From an uncultured delta proteobacterium (GTDB lineage: Bacteria; Desulfobacterota; Binatia; UBA9968), in contig CAWJBB010000040.1 in NCBI GenBank assembly GCA_963840855.1, forward strand, positions 263,707 through 327,706: a stretch of DNA of 64,000 nt, written 5' to 3'. Position numbers and translations under genes: made by a program. Shown one piece after another: positions 17,912 through 27,884 of the stretch. Below the pieces are notes generated by a model. That model was not told the DNA's origin. It saw nothing but the letters and a program-made list of their open reading frames with translations, and did no database searches. The stretch's first letter is position 1. The number at the start of each line of letters is the position of its first letter.

Positions 17912-19764
17912 AACCTCACCGCGGCGCTAAACGACGAATCTTTGTCAGGAATCTCGCGCTCGACTGCTTTTCCACCATGCAGGCGCTTTGCCAATGAAAG
18001 CGCGGCGTTGATCAGGCCCACATGCGTGAACGCCTGGGGGAAATTTCCCAGGGCATCCCCAGTCTCCGGGTCAATCTCCTCTGCGAACAGGCCCAAGTCG
18101 TTTGCGTAACCGATCAGCCCTTCGAAGACTTCCTGCGCCTCCTCGGTACTCCCACCGCCAAGAGCCAAATATTCCGCTCCCCAAAAACTGCAGATGCCGA
18201 ATGCTCCCTCGCCGGGCGATTCACCGGCCCGATAGCGGTATAGGAGTCCACCACCGGCCCCGAGGCGCTCCCGCACCCGAGCATAGGTCTGGCGCATCCG
18301 GTACGAAGATGCGCTGTCAAATCCGTACCAAGGTAAAAGCAGCAGGCTCGCATCAAGCTCGTTTCCATTTAAGTGCGCTACATAACTTTGCAGCTTCGGA
18401 TTCCAAGCGCGCTCTTCGACTTCGCGACGGATCGCCTCCCGGGTTTTCTGAAACTCACTGGCGGGAGCCTCGGGGAGATGCCCCCGCGCGTGAAGCTCAA
18501 CGAGCCGATCGAGAGCCACCCAGCAAAGGACGCGCGAATGGGTGTTATGGTAGCGTCCCGAGCGCAGCTCCCAGATGCCTTCGTCCGGCTCTTGCCAGTT
18601 GCGGCAGACGTAATCGCCGAACGCGCAGAGCATCGGCCGCGTCTCTCTATCCAATATGCCGCCGGCGCAGATGAAATGAGTCACCGCGTCAATGACTTCC
18701 CCATAAACGTCAAGCTGCAGCTGGTCGACAGCCGCGTTGCCGATCCTAACCGGACGCGATGAACCATATCCGATCAAATGAGTAAGCGTCCGTTCGGTCT
18801 GCGGACTCCGCCCGTAGACGTCGTAAAGTATCCGCAATTCGGGACGCGCAAGCCGGGTCGAGTGAAGCAGCCAGTTTACGAACGCGTCGGCTTCATCCAG
18901 ACATCCCAGGCCCAGTAACGCGCGCACCGTTAAAGAAGCGTCGCGCAACCAGCAATAACGGTAATCGCAATTGAGTGTTCCGCCGAGGCGCTCTGGAAGA
19001 GAGGTCGTCGGCGCCGCGACGATCGCACCTGAGGGAGCATAAAATAAAAGTCTTAACACAAGGGCGCTCCGTATAACCGCGGTACGGCTGGGGCCGTCAT
19101 ATCGCAAATGCCCGGCCCAACGACTCCACCACGCAGTTGACCGATCGATCGCTGCGCGCGTTCTCTCGCCGAGCGGCGGAAAGACGGCCGGCCATTCGGC
19201 CGAAAAAGTGAGGGAAAAATCAAGTTCCTCTCCAGCGCGGAGGCGAGCCCGCGCATAGACTGTCCCATCGCCTCGAAGGCTTAGAGGAAGTTTCGACCGG
19301 AGAGTGAGTAAACCGTCGCCCGTCTCGATCCGGAGCCCAAGCGTGCCGCCATCTTGCAGCCGGGAGCTTTTCTGCGCGTACCGAGGTCGCGCGTCGAAGA
19401 GCACCTCCACTTCAACCTCCCCTTTCTCGCACTCGACGAGGCGCAGGATCTCATGCTCGGGAAGTAGGAGTTTTCTTTGCTCTTCCTCTGAAGCGACAGG
19501 CATGAGGTCGATCAATAACAGCGAACCCCCTTCCGTTCGAAACCTGGTCTCGAGAATGTTGGTCTCATCCATATAGCGCCGCTCGGTTTTGAAGGGAGCG
19601 GTGGGAGCGATTCGCCAATGACCGGCGTGCGGGTCAAGCAAAGCGCCGAAAATCGAAGCGCTGTCGAACCGCGGCCAACAGAGCCAGTCAATGGATCCCT
19701 CGCGCGAGATTAAGGCCGCCGAGCGGCAATCGCCTATGATCGCGTAATCATGAATGTGCTGCAT
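17908..19764 (-). CDS. glycoside hydrolase family 15 (glucoamylase/trehalase-like)
   Basis: IHDYAIIGDCRSAALISREGSIDWLCWPRFDS N-terminus and an (alpha/alpha)6 catalytic region, 618 aa. Confidence 0.88.
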   Translation of the reverse strand: MQHIHDYAIIGDCRSAALISREGSIDWLCWPRFDSASIFGALLDPHAGHWRIAPTAPFKTERRYMDETNILETRFRTEGGSLLLIDLMPVASEEEQRKLLLPEHEILRLVECEKGEVEVEVLFDARPRYAQKSSRLQDGGTLGLRIETGDGLLTLRSKLPLSLRGDGTVYARARLRAGEELDFSLTFSAEWPAVFPPLGERTRAAIDRSTAWWSRWAGHLRYDGPSRTAVIRSALVLRLLFYAPSGAIVAAPTTSLPERLGGTLNCDYRYCWLRDASLTVRALLGLGCLDEADAFVNWLLHSTRLARPELRILYDVYGRSPQTERTLTHLIGYGSSRPVRIGNAAVDQLQLDVYGEVIDAVTHFICAGGILDRETRPMLCAFGDYVCRNWQEPDEGIWELRSGRYHNTHSRVLCWVALDRLVELHARGHLPEAPASEFQKTREAIRREVEERAWNPKLQSYVAHLNGNELDASLLLLPWYGFDSASSYRMRQTYARVRERLGAGGGLLYRYRAGESPGEGAFGICSFWGAEYLALGGGSTEEAQEVFEGLIGYANDLGLFAEEIDPETGDALGNFPQAFTHVGLINAALSLAKRLHGGKAVEREIPDKDSSFSAAVRL

Positions 19765-19870
19765 GGTGCTGATGGATCCCGACTCCTACTGCCGGACGCT
19801 AGAGCCGACCTGTCGAGTCATCACCCCACAGTCCGAGTAGGAGCCGTTTATCAGTTGGTTTGGGCCGAGT

Positions 19871-20284
19871 TCATTCCTCGCGCTCGGCTAATCTGGCAAG
19901 GGCAAGAGCGCCGAACGAGAGGCCTAGATCGCGCAACGCGACGTCGTAGTATCCCGGCACCAGCAACAAATTGATAATGATGCCCCAGAGCCAGCCGGCG
20001 ACGACCCAAGCACCGAACTTAGGTTTCACCGCGACCACGATCCCGGCGATTATTTCGATAACTCCTACAACCATCATAAAACCCGACGCATCGATGCCGG
20101 TCCACCTCGGCACCAGGGGTGTGAGATACTGAGTCCAGTCCACCAGCAAATTAAAAAATTTGTCGAGCCCAGCAACGATGGGTGCGACGGTGAACCCGAA
20201 CTTGAGAATCGTATAGGCCTGATGTGCGTAGTCTGTGCTCTGTTCAGCTGCCACGTACTCTGACCTGGTCATTGGACGAGCCAT
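19871..20284 (-). CDS. small integral membrane protein, DoxX-like (tentative)
   Basis: 137 aa, 4 predicted TM helices, GGAGGAAA RBS. Confidence 0.5.
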   Translation of the reverse strand: MARPMTRSEYVAAEQSTDYAHQAYTILKFGFTVAPIVAGLDKFFNLLVDWTQYLTPLVPRWTGIDASGFMMVVGVIEIIAGIVVAVKPKFGAWVVAGWLWGIIINLLLVPGYYDVALRDLGLSFGALALARLAEREE

Positions 20285-20751
20285 TTTCGTTTCCTCCTTT
20301 TAAAGAATTTTTACGGATGCCTCGTCAAGCATCCGCCAAGACGTAAGAGCAACAAAGATGCCAGCTGCAGACGGGAAGATTAACTCGCGAAAGTACCGAT
20401 GTTGCACGCCGAGTTCCGGAAAGAGTGATGTTGCATGAAACAGTTGCAACGTTGTAAATGTTTCACCGTTTCATCCCGGCGAGCTTTGGATTCTCTTGAG
20501 CTTTCGCCATAGCGTTGTGCGGCTGCTTCAAAGAAAGTCTCCAGCGCGTGGAAAAATCTTGCTTTATCTGTGATTGATAGATGTAGCAAAAATGCGCGGC
20601 AAGTGTGGCGTTCATGCGCTTCGGGATTTTCCATGAAATGCTTCCGTCGAAATCCCTAGTTTTCGTCATGACAATTTCAGCTCATGGCAAACGTAATCAG
20701 CATTCCGCAATCATCATGGTCGTTTGCCGTTTCTTTCAAAGTATTCTCTGC

Positions 20752-21636
20752 CTAAGGCCTAACGGTAATGACCGGGCAAGAAGCTTCCCTGATCACGCGC
20801 TCGGCGACACTTCCCAAGAAAAATCTGGGTACGCCTTTTCTCGCATGCGTGCCCATAACAATCATATCAATGCCTTCTTCCCGGACGAAACTAACGATAC
20901 CAGACCACGGCCGGGAAAATGCCTTGACTCTCGTGAACTCGGGTACGCCCTTACGTTTCTGCGCTGGGACCGTCTCCAGCATCGCATCCAGCTTTTCGGT
21001 AGCAACCCTGCGCAGTCTACCCATGAATCCCCCTTTTACCGTATCCCAAGACTTGTGAGCTTGGATTATGTGCAAGAGAAACACAGAAGCACCCAATGTT
21101 CCGGCGAATTCCAACGCCCATTCCAGCGATACATTGTCAGCGAGCGAAAAGCTGCTGGGGACAAGGATTTTCTTCACAGCGGGCTTTTTCGCTGCCTGCC
21201 GCACGGTTAAGATCGGGACATGCGATTCCCGTAAGACCTTGGTCGTCGTGCTCCCAAGCAGCATTCGACCCCAAAGATTGAGACCTCTTTTTCCCATCGC
21301 AATCATATCGACGTCGTGGCTCTGCGCCGCCTTGATTATCTCTTGATACGGAATGCCCCTGACAACTCGTGTCTCCGCTTTGATTCCTTTTTGCTCAAGG
21401 ACAGTTCCCAGGCGCCTAAGCCGCTTGGCTTCTCTTGTCCCCAGTTCACGGTCGATGAGCGATATTTCTGCTTTTAGACCATCGGGGACCTCCAATGTGC
21501 AGAGGTCCGGACTTTCGATTACACTTAGGGCGCTCACGCTTGCGCCGAGCCGCGTGGCGCATAGCTCTGCCCACCTGAGTGCGTCACGCGATTCCTTTGA
21601 TCCGTCGCTTGCCCAAAGAATTTTTTTGATTTGCAT
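20752..21636 (-). CDS. tandem-domain universal stress protein
   Basis: Two UspA repeats, each ending in a G-x2-G-x9-GS-type motif (MGKRGLNLWGRMLLGSTT; MGTHARKGVPRFFLGSVA). Confidence 0.85.
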   Translation of the reverse strand: MQIKKILWASDGSKESRDALRWAELCATRLGASVSALSVIESPDLCTLEVPDGLKAEISLIDRELGTREAKRLRRLGTVLEQKGIKAETRVVRGIPYQEIIKAAQSHDVDMIAMGKRGLNLWGRMLLGSTTTKVLRESHVPILTVRQAAKKPAVKKILVPSSFSLADNVSLEWALEFAGTLGASVFLLHIIQAHKSWDTVKGGFMGRLRRVATEKLDAMLETVPAQKRKGVPEFTRVKAFSRPWSGIVSFVREEGIDMIVMGTHARKGVPRFFLGSVAERVIREASCPVITVRP

Positions 21637-22080
21637 CAGTTTTTCTCCTCCCGTTTACCTTAACGATATCCGCAAGATCCCATCTTTGTTGGGACCAGAT
21701 TTCTTGTGTGTCACTTGTAGCGTTGATGCTCCAAAAAAGAGAGCACAATCTTCGTTAACAATCCCGCATTAAGAGGCCCGCCTCTCCAGGCAAAGGTCAG
21801 ACAAAGACACCCGATATTGCGCTTACCCTCGTGAAGATGGAGTAAAACCGGGCTCATCAGAACCACGATGGCGCGCCGGGAGCTCATATGTGCACGCCCA
21901 ATACCGTGTACCCTTTTTCCTTAAGTACATCAGCGAGGCGATTGGGGTCCGTAGCCGGTAAGTGCAACTAGCACTCCCGGCTTGCGTCCCAGCTCTCCCT
22001 GTACGTCCCACGCCAAGAACGTCTCCCCCTCCTCGGCAATCGTCTCCGAGGCAAGACCGAGATCGTGCAGTCAACCACTG

Positions 22081-22524
22081 CTACTCCGGCAGCGTATAGC
22101 GCCCTTCGATGAAGCTCATCATGAGTCCTCGGGTTTCCACCGGTCGCAAATCCTGCCTTTGCTCAATCCGTTCTGCGTGTCCTTCACCGCTTCGCGAAAC
22201 CAGCGTGAGTAGTCGCCTCTGTACAAGTGAAATAGCCAGGTTTCTTCGTTGATACCCTCGGCAATCTGCGAAAAAATCACAAGGTTCTGGGCCTTGAGGT
22301 TGTGCCGGTCCCGCCGGTCCCCGAAAGTAGAAGCTGTGATCCCGCATGTTGCCCTCAGCATACTTACGAAGATGGCGGATGCGCTCGACGCGACCGGACA
22401 TTATTCGCATAGAGAACGGCGCTTTTTCCGCTGTGGAAAAACCACATGATCGTATGACCGCTTTTGTACGACTTCAGCATGAGTTGCAGCGCTGACACCG
22501 ATCCCGGCATGAACCCACTCGCCA
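22081..22524 (-). pseudogene. frame-broken 3' remnant of a larger gene (RKYAEG...SFYFRGP...GDYSRWFREA tail module)
   Basis: Pieces in three frames join as ...TIMWFFHSGKSAV / MSGRVERIRHLRKYAEGNMRDHSFYFRGPAG / NLKAQNLVIFSQIAEGINEETWLFHLYRGDYSRWFREAVKD / AERIEQRQDLRPVETRGLMMSFIEGRYTLPE. No N-terminal catalytic domain is present. Confidence 0.4.
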
Positions 22525-22541
22525 TAGCGCCTACCTATCCT

Positions 22542-22769
22542 TTAATAAGGACGGTCACTGTACTCGGAAATACCGCCCTGCTCATGATGTCTCGGCATGG
22601 TAGGGCCTTTGAATCTTGGTAAAAACCCCATCCTTATCTTCCATCTTCCGAGACTAACCACCAGCCCGGCGATACCCACACTGATTAGGACGATGCTGAT
22701 GATAGGAAGAATAACGGCAGAAAACACGTCCAAAGCCATGAGGCCAAAAATTGAAGATAAGCTACTCAT
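22542..22769 (-). CDS. small hydrophobic membrane peptide (paralog of 12398-12604)
   Basis: MSSLSSIFGLMALDVFSAVILPIISIVLISVGIAGLVVSLGRWKI. Same AAAGGATC-N-ACATGAGTA start context as the 12.6-kb copy. Confidence 0.55.
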   Translation of the reverse strand: MSSLSSIFGLMALDVFSAVILPIISIVLISVGIAGLVVSLGRWKIRMGFLPRFKGPTMPRHHEQGGISEYSDRPY

Positions 22770-22878
22770 GTCGATCCTTTCTTTTTGCAATATCGTAAAA
22801 TCCGACTTCGTAGGCTCTGTGGCGACAATGCGCGGTTGCCTTGATAATAGAGAACATAGGCGAGCGTAAGAAACCCGA

Positions 22879-23262
22879 TCATTTGCGTACAAAGTCCGCG
22901 ACACTCATTCTTTTTCTTAATTTTGCGATTAGAAAACCCCTCAGGGCCACAGCGTTGTTGTGCTCTGAGTCTCGGGCGCTGTAAAGCAAAGTGACATCGG
23001 ATCTGCGGGATCTCTCCATAATCGGCTGCCAGGTCTCCGGCTTCACGCGAAGCTCGGCAAAGTACTGCTTGCGAAACTCCTTCCACTTCTTGGCATCGTG
23101 TCCGAACCATTTGCGCAAACTATCACTGGGGGCCACCTCCTTGAACCAGCCGTCCAGTGCCAAGGTCTCTTTCTTCGATCCCCTGGGCCAAAGCCGGTCG
23201 ACAAGAAAACGACTACCGTCGCTTGCCGCTGGCTTCTCGTATACACGCTTGACTCTGATCAT
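22879..23262 (-). CDS. DUF488 (YeaO-like) protein
   Basis: MIRVKRVYEKPAASDGSRFLVDRLWPRG...WFKEVAPS...LRKWF...LLYSARD. The upstream 104 codons of the ORF-track entry look non-coding. Confidence 0.75.
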   Translation of the reverse strand: MIRVKRVYEKPAASDGSRFLVDRLWPRGSKKETLALDGWFKEVAPSDSLRKWFGHDAKKWKEFRKQYFAELRVKPETWQPIMERSRRSDVTLLYSARDSEHNNAVALRGFLIAKLRKRMSVADFVRK

Positions 23263-23343
23263 TGAGTGGAATCCTCGAGACTGCTCTTGTTCTTTTGGTC
23301 TTGCGAAACAAATATCTAGCCAAAAGCCACAACTACGTGCATC

Positions 23344-23359
23344 CGCAATGTTCGTGCCG
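23344..23359 (-). promoter_or_regulatory. sigma-54 (-24/-12) promoter-like motif upstream of the DUF488 gene
   Basis: The minus strand reads CGGCACGAACATTGCG, with GG and GC at the consensus spacing (TGGCACG-N4-TTGCW). The GC lies 83 nt upstream of the 23262 ATG. Confidence 0.4.
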
Positions 23360-23625
23360 GAGAAGCAAACCGGCGCGCGGCTCAAAAGAAATGCGCTTAG
23401 CGCGTTTACTTGAGAAAAAACCGACCCTCTAAAAATATTGCCGGAAAGTTTCATTTTCGTAGACCCTAAGATGAGGCAAAATTGTGAGGCGGTGTGGCAT
23501 TGTTGTATTCTCATGGACCGGCAGGAAAGAATGTCTGCCCAAACTCGGACAAAAATCAGGAAGGTAAAGGACAACCGACAGCCTTCAAAAATGGAGGTTT
23601 TTGCGATAGCGATACAATGGATTCG

Positions 23626-24003
23626 TTAAAAGACCGGGTTGGTTATAGAATCATCTATCACCTGCAACAAGTCGTGAGCGGAAAACGGTTTGGACATAAG
23701 CGGAGTCCCCAATTTCGCGGCGATCTCTCGCAATGATTCGTCAGCAAAGGCAGAAATAAGAATTACCTTTACTTGGGGCTTATTCTGTTTCAGCGTCCAA
23801 GCGATCTCGGTACCAAGCAGCATGGGCATGCGAACGTCGAGAATAAAGAGATCGTAACAGGGGTAAGACTGGGATTTTTTCAAACCTTCCAGGGCATCTG
23901 TGGTCCAGACGACCTGCATCCCTTTGCTTTCTAATATCTCAGCCAAAAACTGGCAGAAAGTCTCGTCGTCCTCTACGATCAGAACCCGCACTTGAGCCTC
24001 CAT
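23626..24003 (-). CDS. single-domain response regulator (receiver only)
   Basis: VLIVEDDE...DLFILDVRMP...ISAF receiver motifs, 125 aa from the MEAQV start. Confidence 0.85.
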   Translation of the reverse strand: MEAQVRVLIVEDDETFCQFLAEILESKGMQVVWTTDALEGLKKSQSYPCYDLFILDVRMPMLLGTEIAWTLKQNKPQVKVILISAFADESLREIAAKLGTPLMSKPFSAHDLLQVIDDSITNPVF

Positions 24004-24152
24004 TTGCTTACTACCTTTGGAAACGCAATAAGCATGCCGTTTGTGGGTAAGCACGCGGTAAGAATTTGCGTCGAGAGCTTCTTTTACCGTAGGATAGGAG
24101 AGCCCTAGAGGGATGGCGAGGTTAGCTATAGGTTGAGAAATGAGACTTTGTC

Positions 24153-25541
24153 TTACTGCCCCTTAAAAGGTTCTATCTTCCAGCGCGCCAGCATACGGTA
24201 AAGGGACCGCCGGTCGACTTCCAGCATCTTTGCGACGCGGGAGATATTTCCCTGGGCACGGTTCATGACGTAGAGGACGTAACGCTTTTTGACCTCCTCC
24301 AAGCTCGGTATGTCCGAAAACAGAAATTGCTCATCCCCCTCACCACCATAAGAGGCCGTCGAAGCCAAGCCCTCGCGTATCTCTTGCGGTAGATCCTCCA
24401 ACGTCAGTATGGGCTGGTTGGAAAGCACCACAGCTTGCTCGATGACATTTTCGAGCTGCCGGATATTTCCTGGCCAAGAATACTTTTGTAGCCTTTCCAT
24501 CACCTCCTCTGAGATACCTGTAATGGCCTTGCCAGCCGCTTGGCTGTACCGCCTGAGGAAATTTTGTGCCAGTGCCACGATATCTTCTGGCCTCTTCCTT
24601 ATCGGTGGCAGACAGATGGTAACCACTTTTAACCGGTAGTATAGATCCTCGCGAAACACTCCATTTTTCATCAACTCGTCCAGATCCTTATTGGTCGCTG
24701 CCAGGACTCGCGCGTCTACCTTGATCCATTCTTTTCCCCCTACGGGTCTGACTTCCTCCTCTTGCAAGACTCGCAGGAGCTTCGCTTGCATGTTAGGGCT
24801 AATGTTTCCGATCTCGTCGAGAAAGCACGTGCCACCGTGAGCCTCCTGAAATACACCCTTCTTATCGGCGACAGCGCCAGTAAAAGCACCCCGCACGTGT
24901 CCGAACAGTTCACTCTCGAGCAGCGTCTCTGTGAGGGCCCCGCAGTCCACCGCCACAAATGGGCGCTGCGCCCTGGTGCTATGTTGGTGAATGGAGCGGG
25001 CAATCACCTCTTTCCCCGTGCCACTTTCCCCAAGGATCAGCACCGTGCTTTTTGTTGGCGCCGCCCTTGCTACCATTTTGAATACCTCAACCATGGCCGG
25101 GCTTCTCCCTATGACGGTTTTCTGCGGCTCGGCACCATCAATTTGCTCAACCTTCGTCCCGGCCTGAGCCTGCAACTTCTTCTGACCTAACGCCCGGGAA
25201 ACAATTTTCTTCAGCTCTTCCAGGTTCATGGGCTTCGAGACGTAATCGTAGGCGCCCTCCTGAATCGCCTCGACTGCCGTTTCTATCGAGCCGAACGCGG
25301 TCATAACGATAACTGGCAGCGATGGTTGCTCTTGCCGCATTGTCCGGGTTACCTCGAGCCCGGTGATTCCCGGCATTCGCACATCGACCAGCAGCAAATC
25401 GTAAGATTCCTTTCGCAGGCGATCGAGCGCCTCTTCACCGCTGTGGGCTTGGTGTGTCCTATGGCCATCTCCCTCGAGCACTTCGGCGAAAAGCTGGCAG
25501 CTCACCTCGTCATCATCGACAATCAGAATGCGCGCTTGCAC
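24153..25541 (-). CDS. NtrC-family sigma-54-dependent response regulator
   Basis: Receiver (DLLLVDVRMPG), AAA+ with GESGTGKE and the GAFTGA loop, WPGNIRQLEN, and a C-terminal Fis HTH. Confidence 0.92.
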   Translation of the reverse strand: MQARILIVDDDEVSCQLFAEVLEGDGHRTHQAHSGEEALDRLRKESYDLLLVDVRMPGITGLEVTRTMRQEQPSLPVIVMTAFGSIETAVEAIQEGAYDYVSKPMNLEELKKIVSRALGQKKLQAQAGTKVEQIDGAEPQKTVIGRSPAMVEVFKMVARAAPTKSTVLILGESGTGKEVIARSIHQHSTRAQRPFVAVDCGALTETLLESELFGHVRGAFTGAVADKKGVFQEAHGGTCFLDEIGNISPNMQAKLLRVLQEEEVRPVGGKEWIKVDARVLAATNKDLDELMKNGVFREDLYYRLKVVTICLPPIRKRPEDIVALAQNFLRRYSQAAGKAITGISEEVMERLQKYSWPGNIRQLENVIEQAVVLSNQPILTLEDLPQEIREGLASTASYGGEGDEQFLFSDIPSLEEVKKRYVLYVMNRAQGNISRVAKMLEVDRRSLYRMLARWKIEPFKGQ

Positions 25542-25545
25542 GGCT

Positions 25546-26769
25546 TCACCCGTTCGAGAGAGAGCGGCCAGCGGCCGGATCGGTCGGAAGAAAGATCTCT
25601 ACCGTTGTACCCTTTGCGACTTGACTGCTGATCGCTATCTTTCCTCCATGTTCCTTGACGATCTCCTGACAAACAGCGAGCCCCAGGCCGGTCCCGCTGC
25701 CGGGAGTCTTGGTGGTCATGAAAAAGTCAAAAACTCTAGGCAGCAGGTCTGGCGGAATGCCGGCCCCGGTGTCTGTGATCTCTATGAGAATGCCCGAACG
25801 GTGCTGCTCCGTCGCTTGAGCGATCCGAGTCGCAATCGTGATTCTCCCTTCTTGCTCCACAGCATCTACGGCATTGTTGAGCAGGTTGATCAACACCCGC
25901 TGTAGTGATCCACTATGGGCGTTAAGCGAAGGTAATAACTCCGCCAATTCGGCAATCACATTCACACCCTTCTCTGCGAAAACGGGTCTGAGAAGGAGCA
26001 GCGTCTCCTTTACCAACTCGTTTAGGTTGACAAGACCGCGCTTGCTGGTAGATCCACGAGTGCGATCGAGGTAATATTGCACGATAGCTGCCATGCGTTG
26101 GACTTGACTCTCTATGGTTTTCACATGGCGGCGAGCTTTCTCGGGCAACTCCTCTTGGGCTAGGAGTTGGGTGTATCCAAGCACGGAGTTTAACGGCGTG
26201 CCCAGCTCATGTGCAATGGCGCCGGTCATCCAACTTAAGGCTGCCACCTGTCCCACGCGCGCCATTTCTTGCTGCAGGCTCCACAGTTCCTTGTTGCGCT
26301 CAACTAATTCCCGGGTGACCTCATCTGAACTTTCCTTTGCCCCTTTGCGCTCTAAGTGCAGCTGCAACATTTCTGCGAGAGAATCAAGCAGGCTTTTCTC
26401 CTCTTCGAGAAACGGAGGCTTGGTTTGACTCGGTCTTTCTGGATAAGTGATTTCCACTAAGCCGTGCTTTCCACCGGCCGTTGTGAAACGTGCGCATTGT
26501 GTCCAAGGAGTGGAAACGAAATTTGTGGATCTATATTCCATCCCATCAAACACGATGCGTGCGGTGGCAAGCTCCGAGTGCTCCCAAGCCGTGGGAAGAA
26601 TCGCAACGATTTGCTGGAGCAAGATCGGGATCGTTCTCTCCGGATCCTGGAGCAAGTGCGCTGTGTAATGGAGGGCGGTGAGCTCTTTGACCCGTTCCTT
26701 GAGATCGTGGAGAAGCCTTTGCTTTTCCTCCTCAACTTTCCTGTGCTCACTCATATCCTGAACCGGCAT
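25546..26769 (-). CDS. cytoplasmic sensor histidine kinase
   Basis: H box AIAHELGTPLNSV, N box LINLLNNAVDA, G boxes DTGAGIP and GTGLGLAV. No TM segment. The frame stays open about 30 codons upstream without a start. Confidence 0.9.
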   Translation of the reverse strand: MPVQDMSEHRKVEEEKQRLLHDLKERVKELTALHYTAHLLQDPERTIPILLQQIVAILPTAWEHSELATARIVFDGMEYRSTNFVSTPWTQCARFTTAGGKHGLVEITYPERPSQTKPPFLEEEKSLLDSLAEMLQLHLERKGAKESSDEVTRELVERNKELWSLQQEMARVGQVAALSWMTGAIAHELGTPLNSVLGYTQLLAQEELPEKARRHVKTIESQVQRMAAIVQYYLDRTRGSTSKRGLVNLNELVKETLLLLRPVFAEKGVNVIAELAELLPSLNAHSGSLQRVLINLLNNAVDAVEQEGRITIATRIAQATEQHRSGILIEITDTGAGIPPDLLPRVFDFFMTTKTPGSGTGLGLAVCQEIVKEHGGKIAISSQVAKGTTVEIFLPTDPAAGRSLSNG

Positions 26770-26910
26770 GATGGAAGGTAATGGTCTACCATGCTTATCG
26801 GGCTTAAGACGCGAGCAACTATATCCTTGCCCGTTAGGTGAAGCAATGCCGGGTTGAGGTTCCTACTTTACAAACGTTGAAGCGGCCGCACAAACGATCA
26901 GCCTTTCTGT

Positions 26911-27087
26911 TTATCCAAACTGGTTGCTCGGCTTCTTGAACGACGAGATTTGTACCGCCAGCCATGCGACCAACGCAGCAGTGAGCATAATCAAAAGAAT
27001 CGCCAACACCGCGACCATCGCTCCCCCAACAAAAGTTAGAAGAAGGTAAAAAAGAATCTGCATGAGCTCTGTCAGTTCTGATGCCAT
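26911..27087 (-). CDS. small hydrophobic membrane peptide
   Basis: MASELTELMQILFYLLLTFVGGAMVAVLAILLIMLTAALVAWLAVQISSFKK. Lies between the ferredoxin gene and the kinase on the same strand. Confidence 0.4.
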   Translation of the reverse strand: MASELTELMQILFYLLLTFVGGAMVAVLAILLIMLTAALVAWLAVQISSFKKPSNQFG

Positions 27088-27269
27088 TTGAATAGAATGT
27101 GTGAAAACTTGACCTTTTTTGCTACAGACGATTTCAAGCGCGTGTTGAGAAGGGCTTCGTGGTGAGTCTTTCCACCAAACATCATATGGGCGGTCACGGC
27201 ATGCGAAATGCCCACCCTTCGACCGTGCCAAAAAAGCCCCATGGTCTTTCGCCTTCTTGGGAGGTCGCG

Positions 27270-27845
27270 TTATTTCGCCTCTTTCCAGTAAAACTCTTCT
27301 TGCTGTTTCTCTAATCTCTTCTTTTCCTCCGCATCCGCGACGTAGAGGCCATTTATGACCTTTATGTTTTCCGGTTCATAGAAGTTCTTCGAAAGTTTCG
27401 CTCCCTCGTCGAACTCGTACATCTTGATCGCGTCCCACGGGCAGACCTTCTTGTCCAGCCGGTCTTCGGACTCTGCGCCTATAAGCTCGATCTGAAACTT
27501 CTTCGGCACTTTGTCCGTCTCAAGCGGCCGCTTCGAGCTATCGTAGTATCTACCCGCATACTCCAGAAATATTTCTCCAGTTTCCTTATAGCGGTGAACC
27601 TTGGTTAAATCGTCGCTGTAGCACATCTGGCAGCCGATGCACTTGTCATTGTCCACCCATACGCGATACGGTTTCAGCCCGCCGTTGGGTGTTTCCTCAT
27701 AAAGCAAATTGATGCAGCCCTCCACCGGACAATGCGGTTCACAAAGAGGCGCGCCCGCGCAACTGGTGCAGCTTTCGTCCATAACCGCAAGCAGCGGCGT
27801 CCCTTTGCGCTTGTGCTTCGGTGGGTCTTCAATTCGACGTTCCAT
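27270..27845 (-). CDS. atypical 2x[4Fe-4S]-type ferredoxin-domain protein
   Basis: First cluster is CTSCAGAPLCEPHCP. Second is CIGCQMC, then roughly 70-75 residues, then CPWDAI. Lys/Glu-rich tail. Confidence 0.7.
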   Translation of the reverse strand: MERRIEDPPKHKRKGTPLLAVMDESCTSCAGAPLCEPHCPVEGCINLLYEETPNGGLKPYRVWVDNDKCIGCQMCYSDDLTKVHRYKETGEIFLEYAGRYYDSSKRPLETDKVPKKFQIELIGAESEDRLDKKVCPWDAIKMYEFDEGAKLSKNFYEPENIKVINGLYVADAEEKKRLEKQQEEFYWKEAK

Positions 27846-27884
27846 TTTCCACCATCCGTTTATATCGTTTCGCTTCCGACAGTG

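Noticed and set aside
22879-23574. Full 231-aa ORF-track entry for the DUF488 gene. The same issue affects the N-terminal extensions of fdnH (40010), rsmA (50532), the response regulator (24054) and others.
   Set aside because: The DUF488 homology starts at MIRVKRVY (23262), which has its own RBS. The upstream codons are non-protein-like and contain the sigma-54 motif. The fdnH and rsmA extensions are translated repeats.
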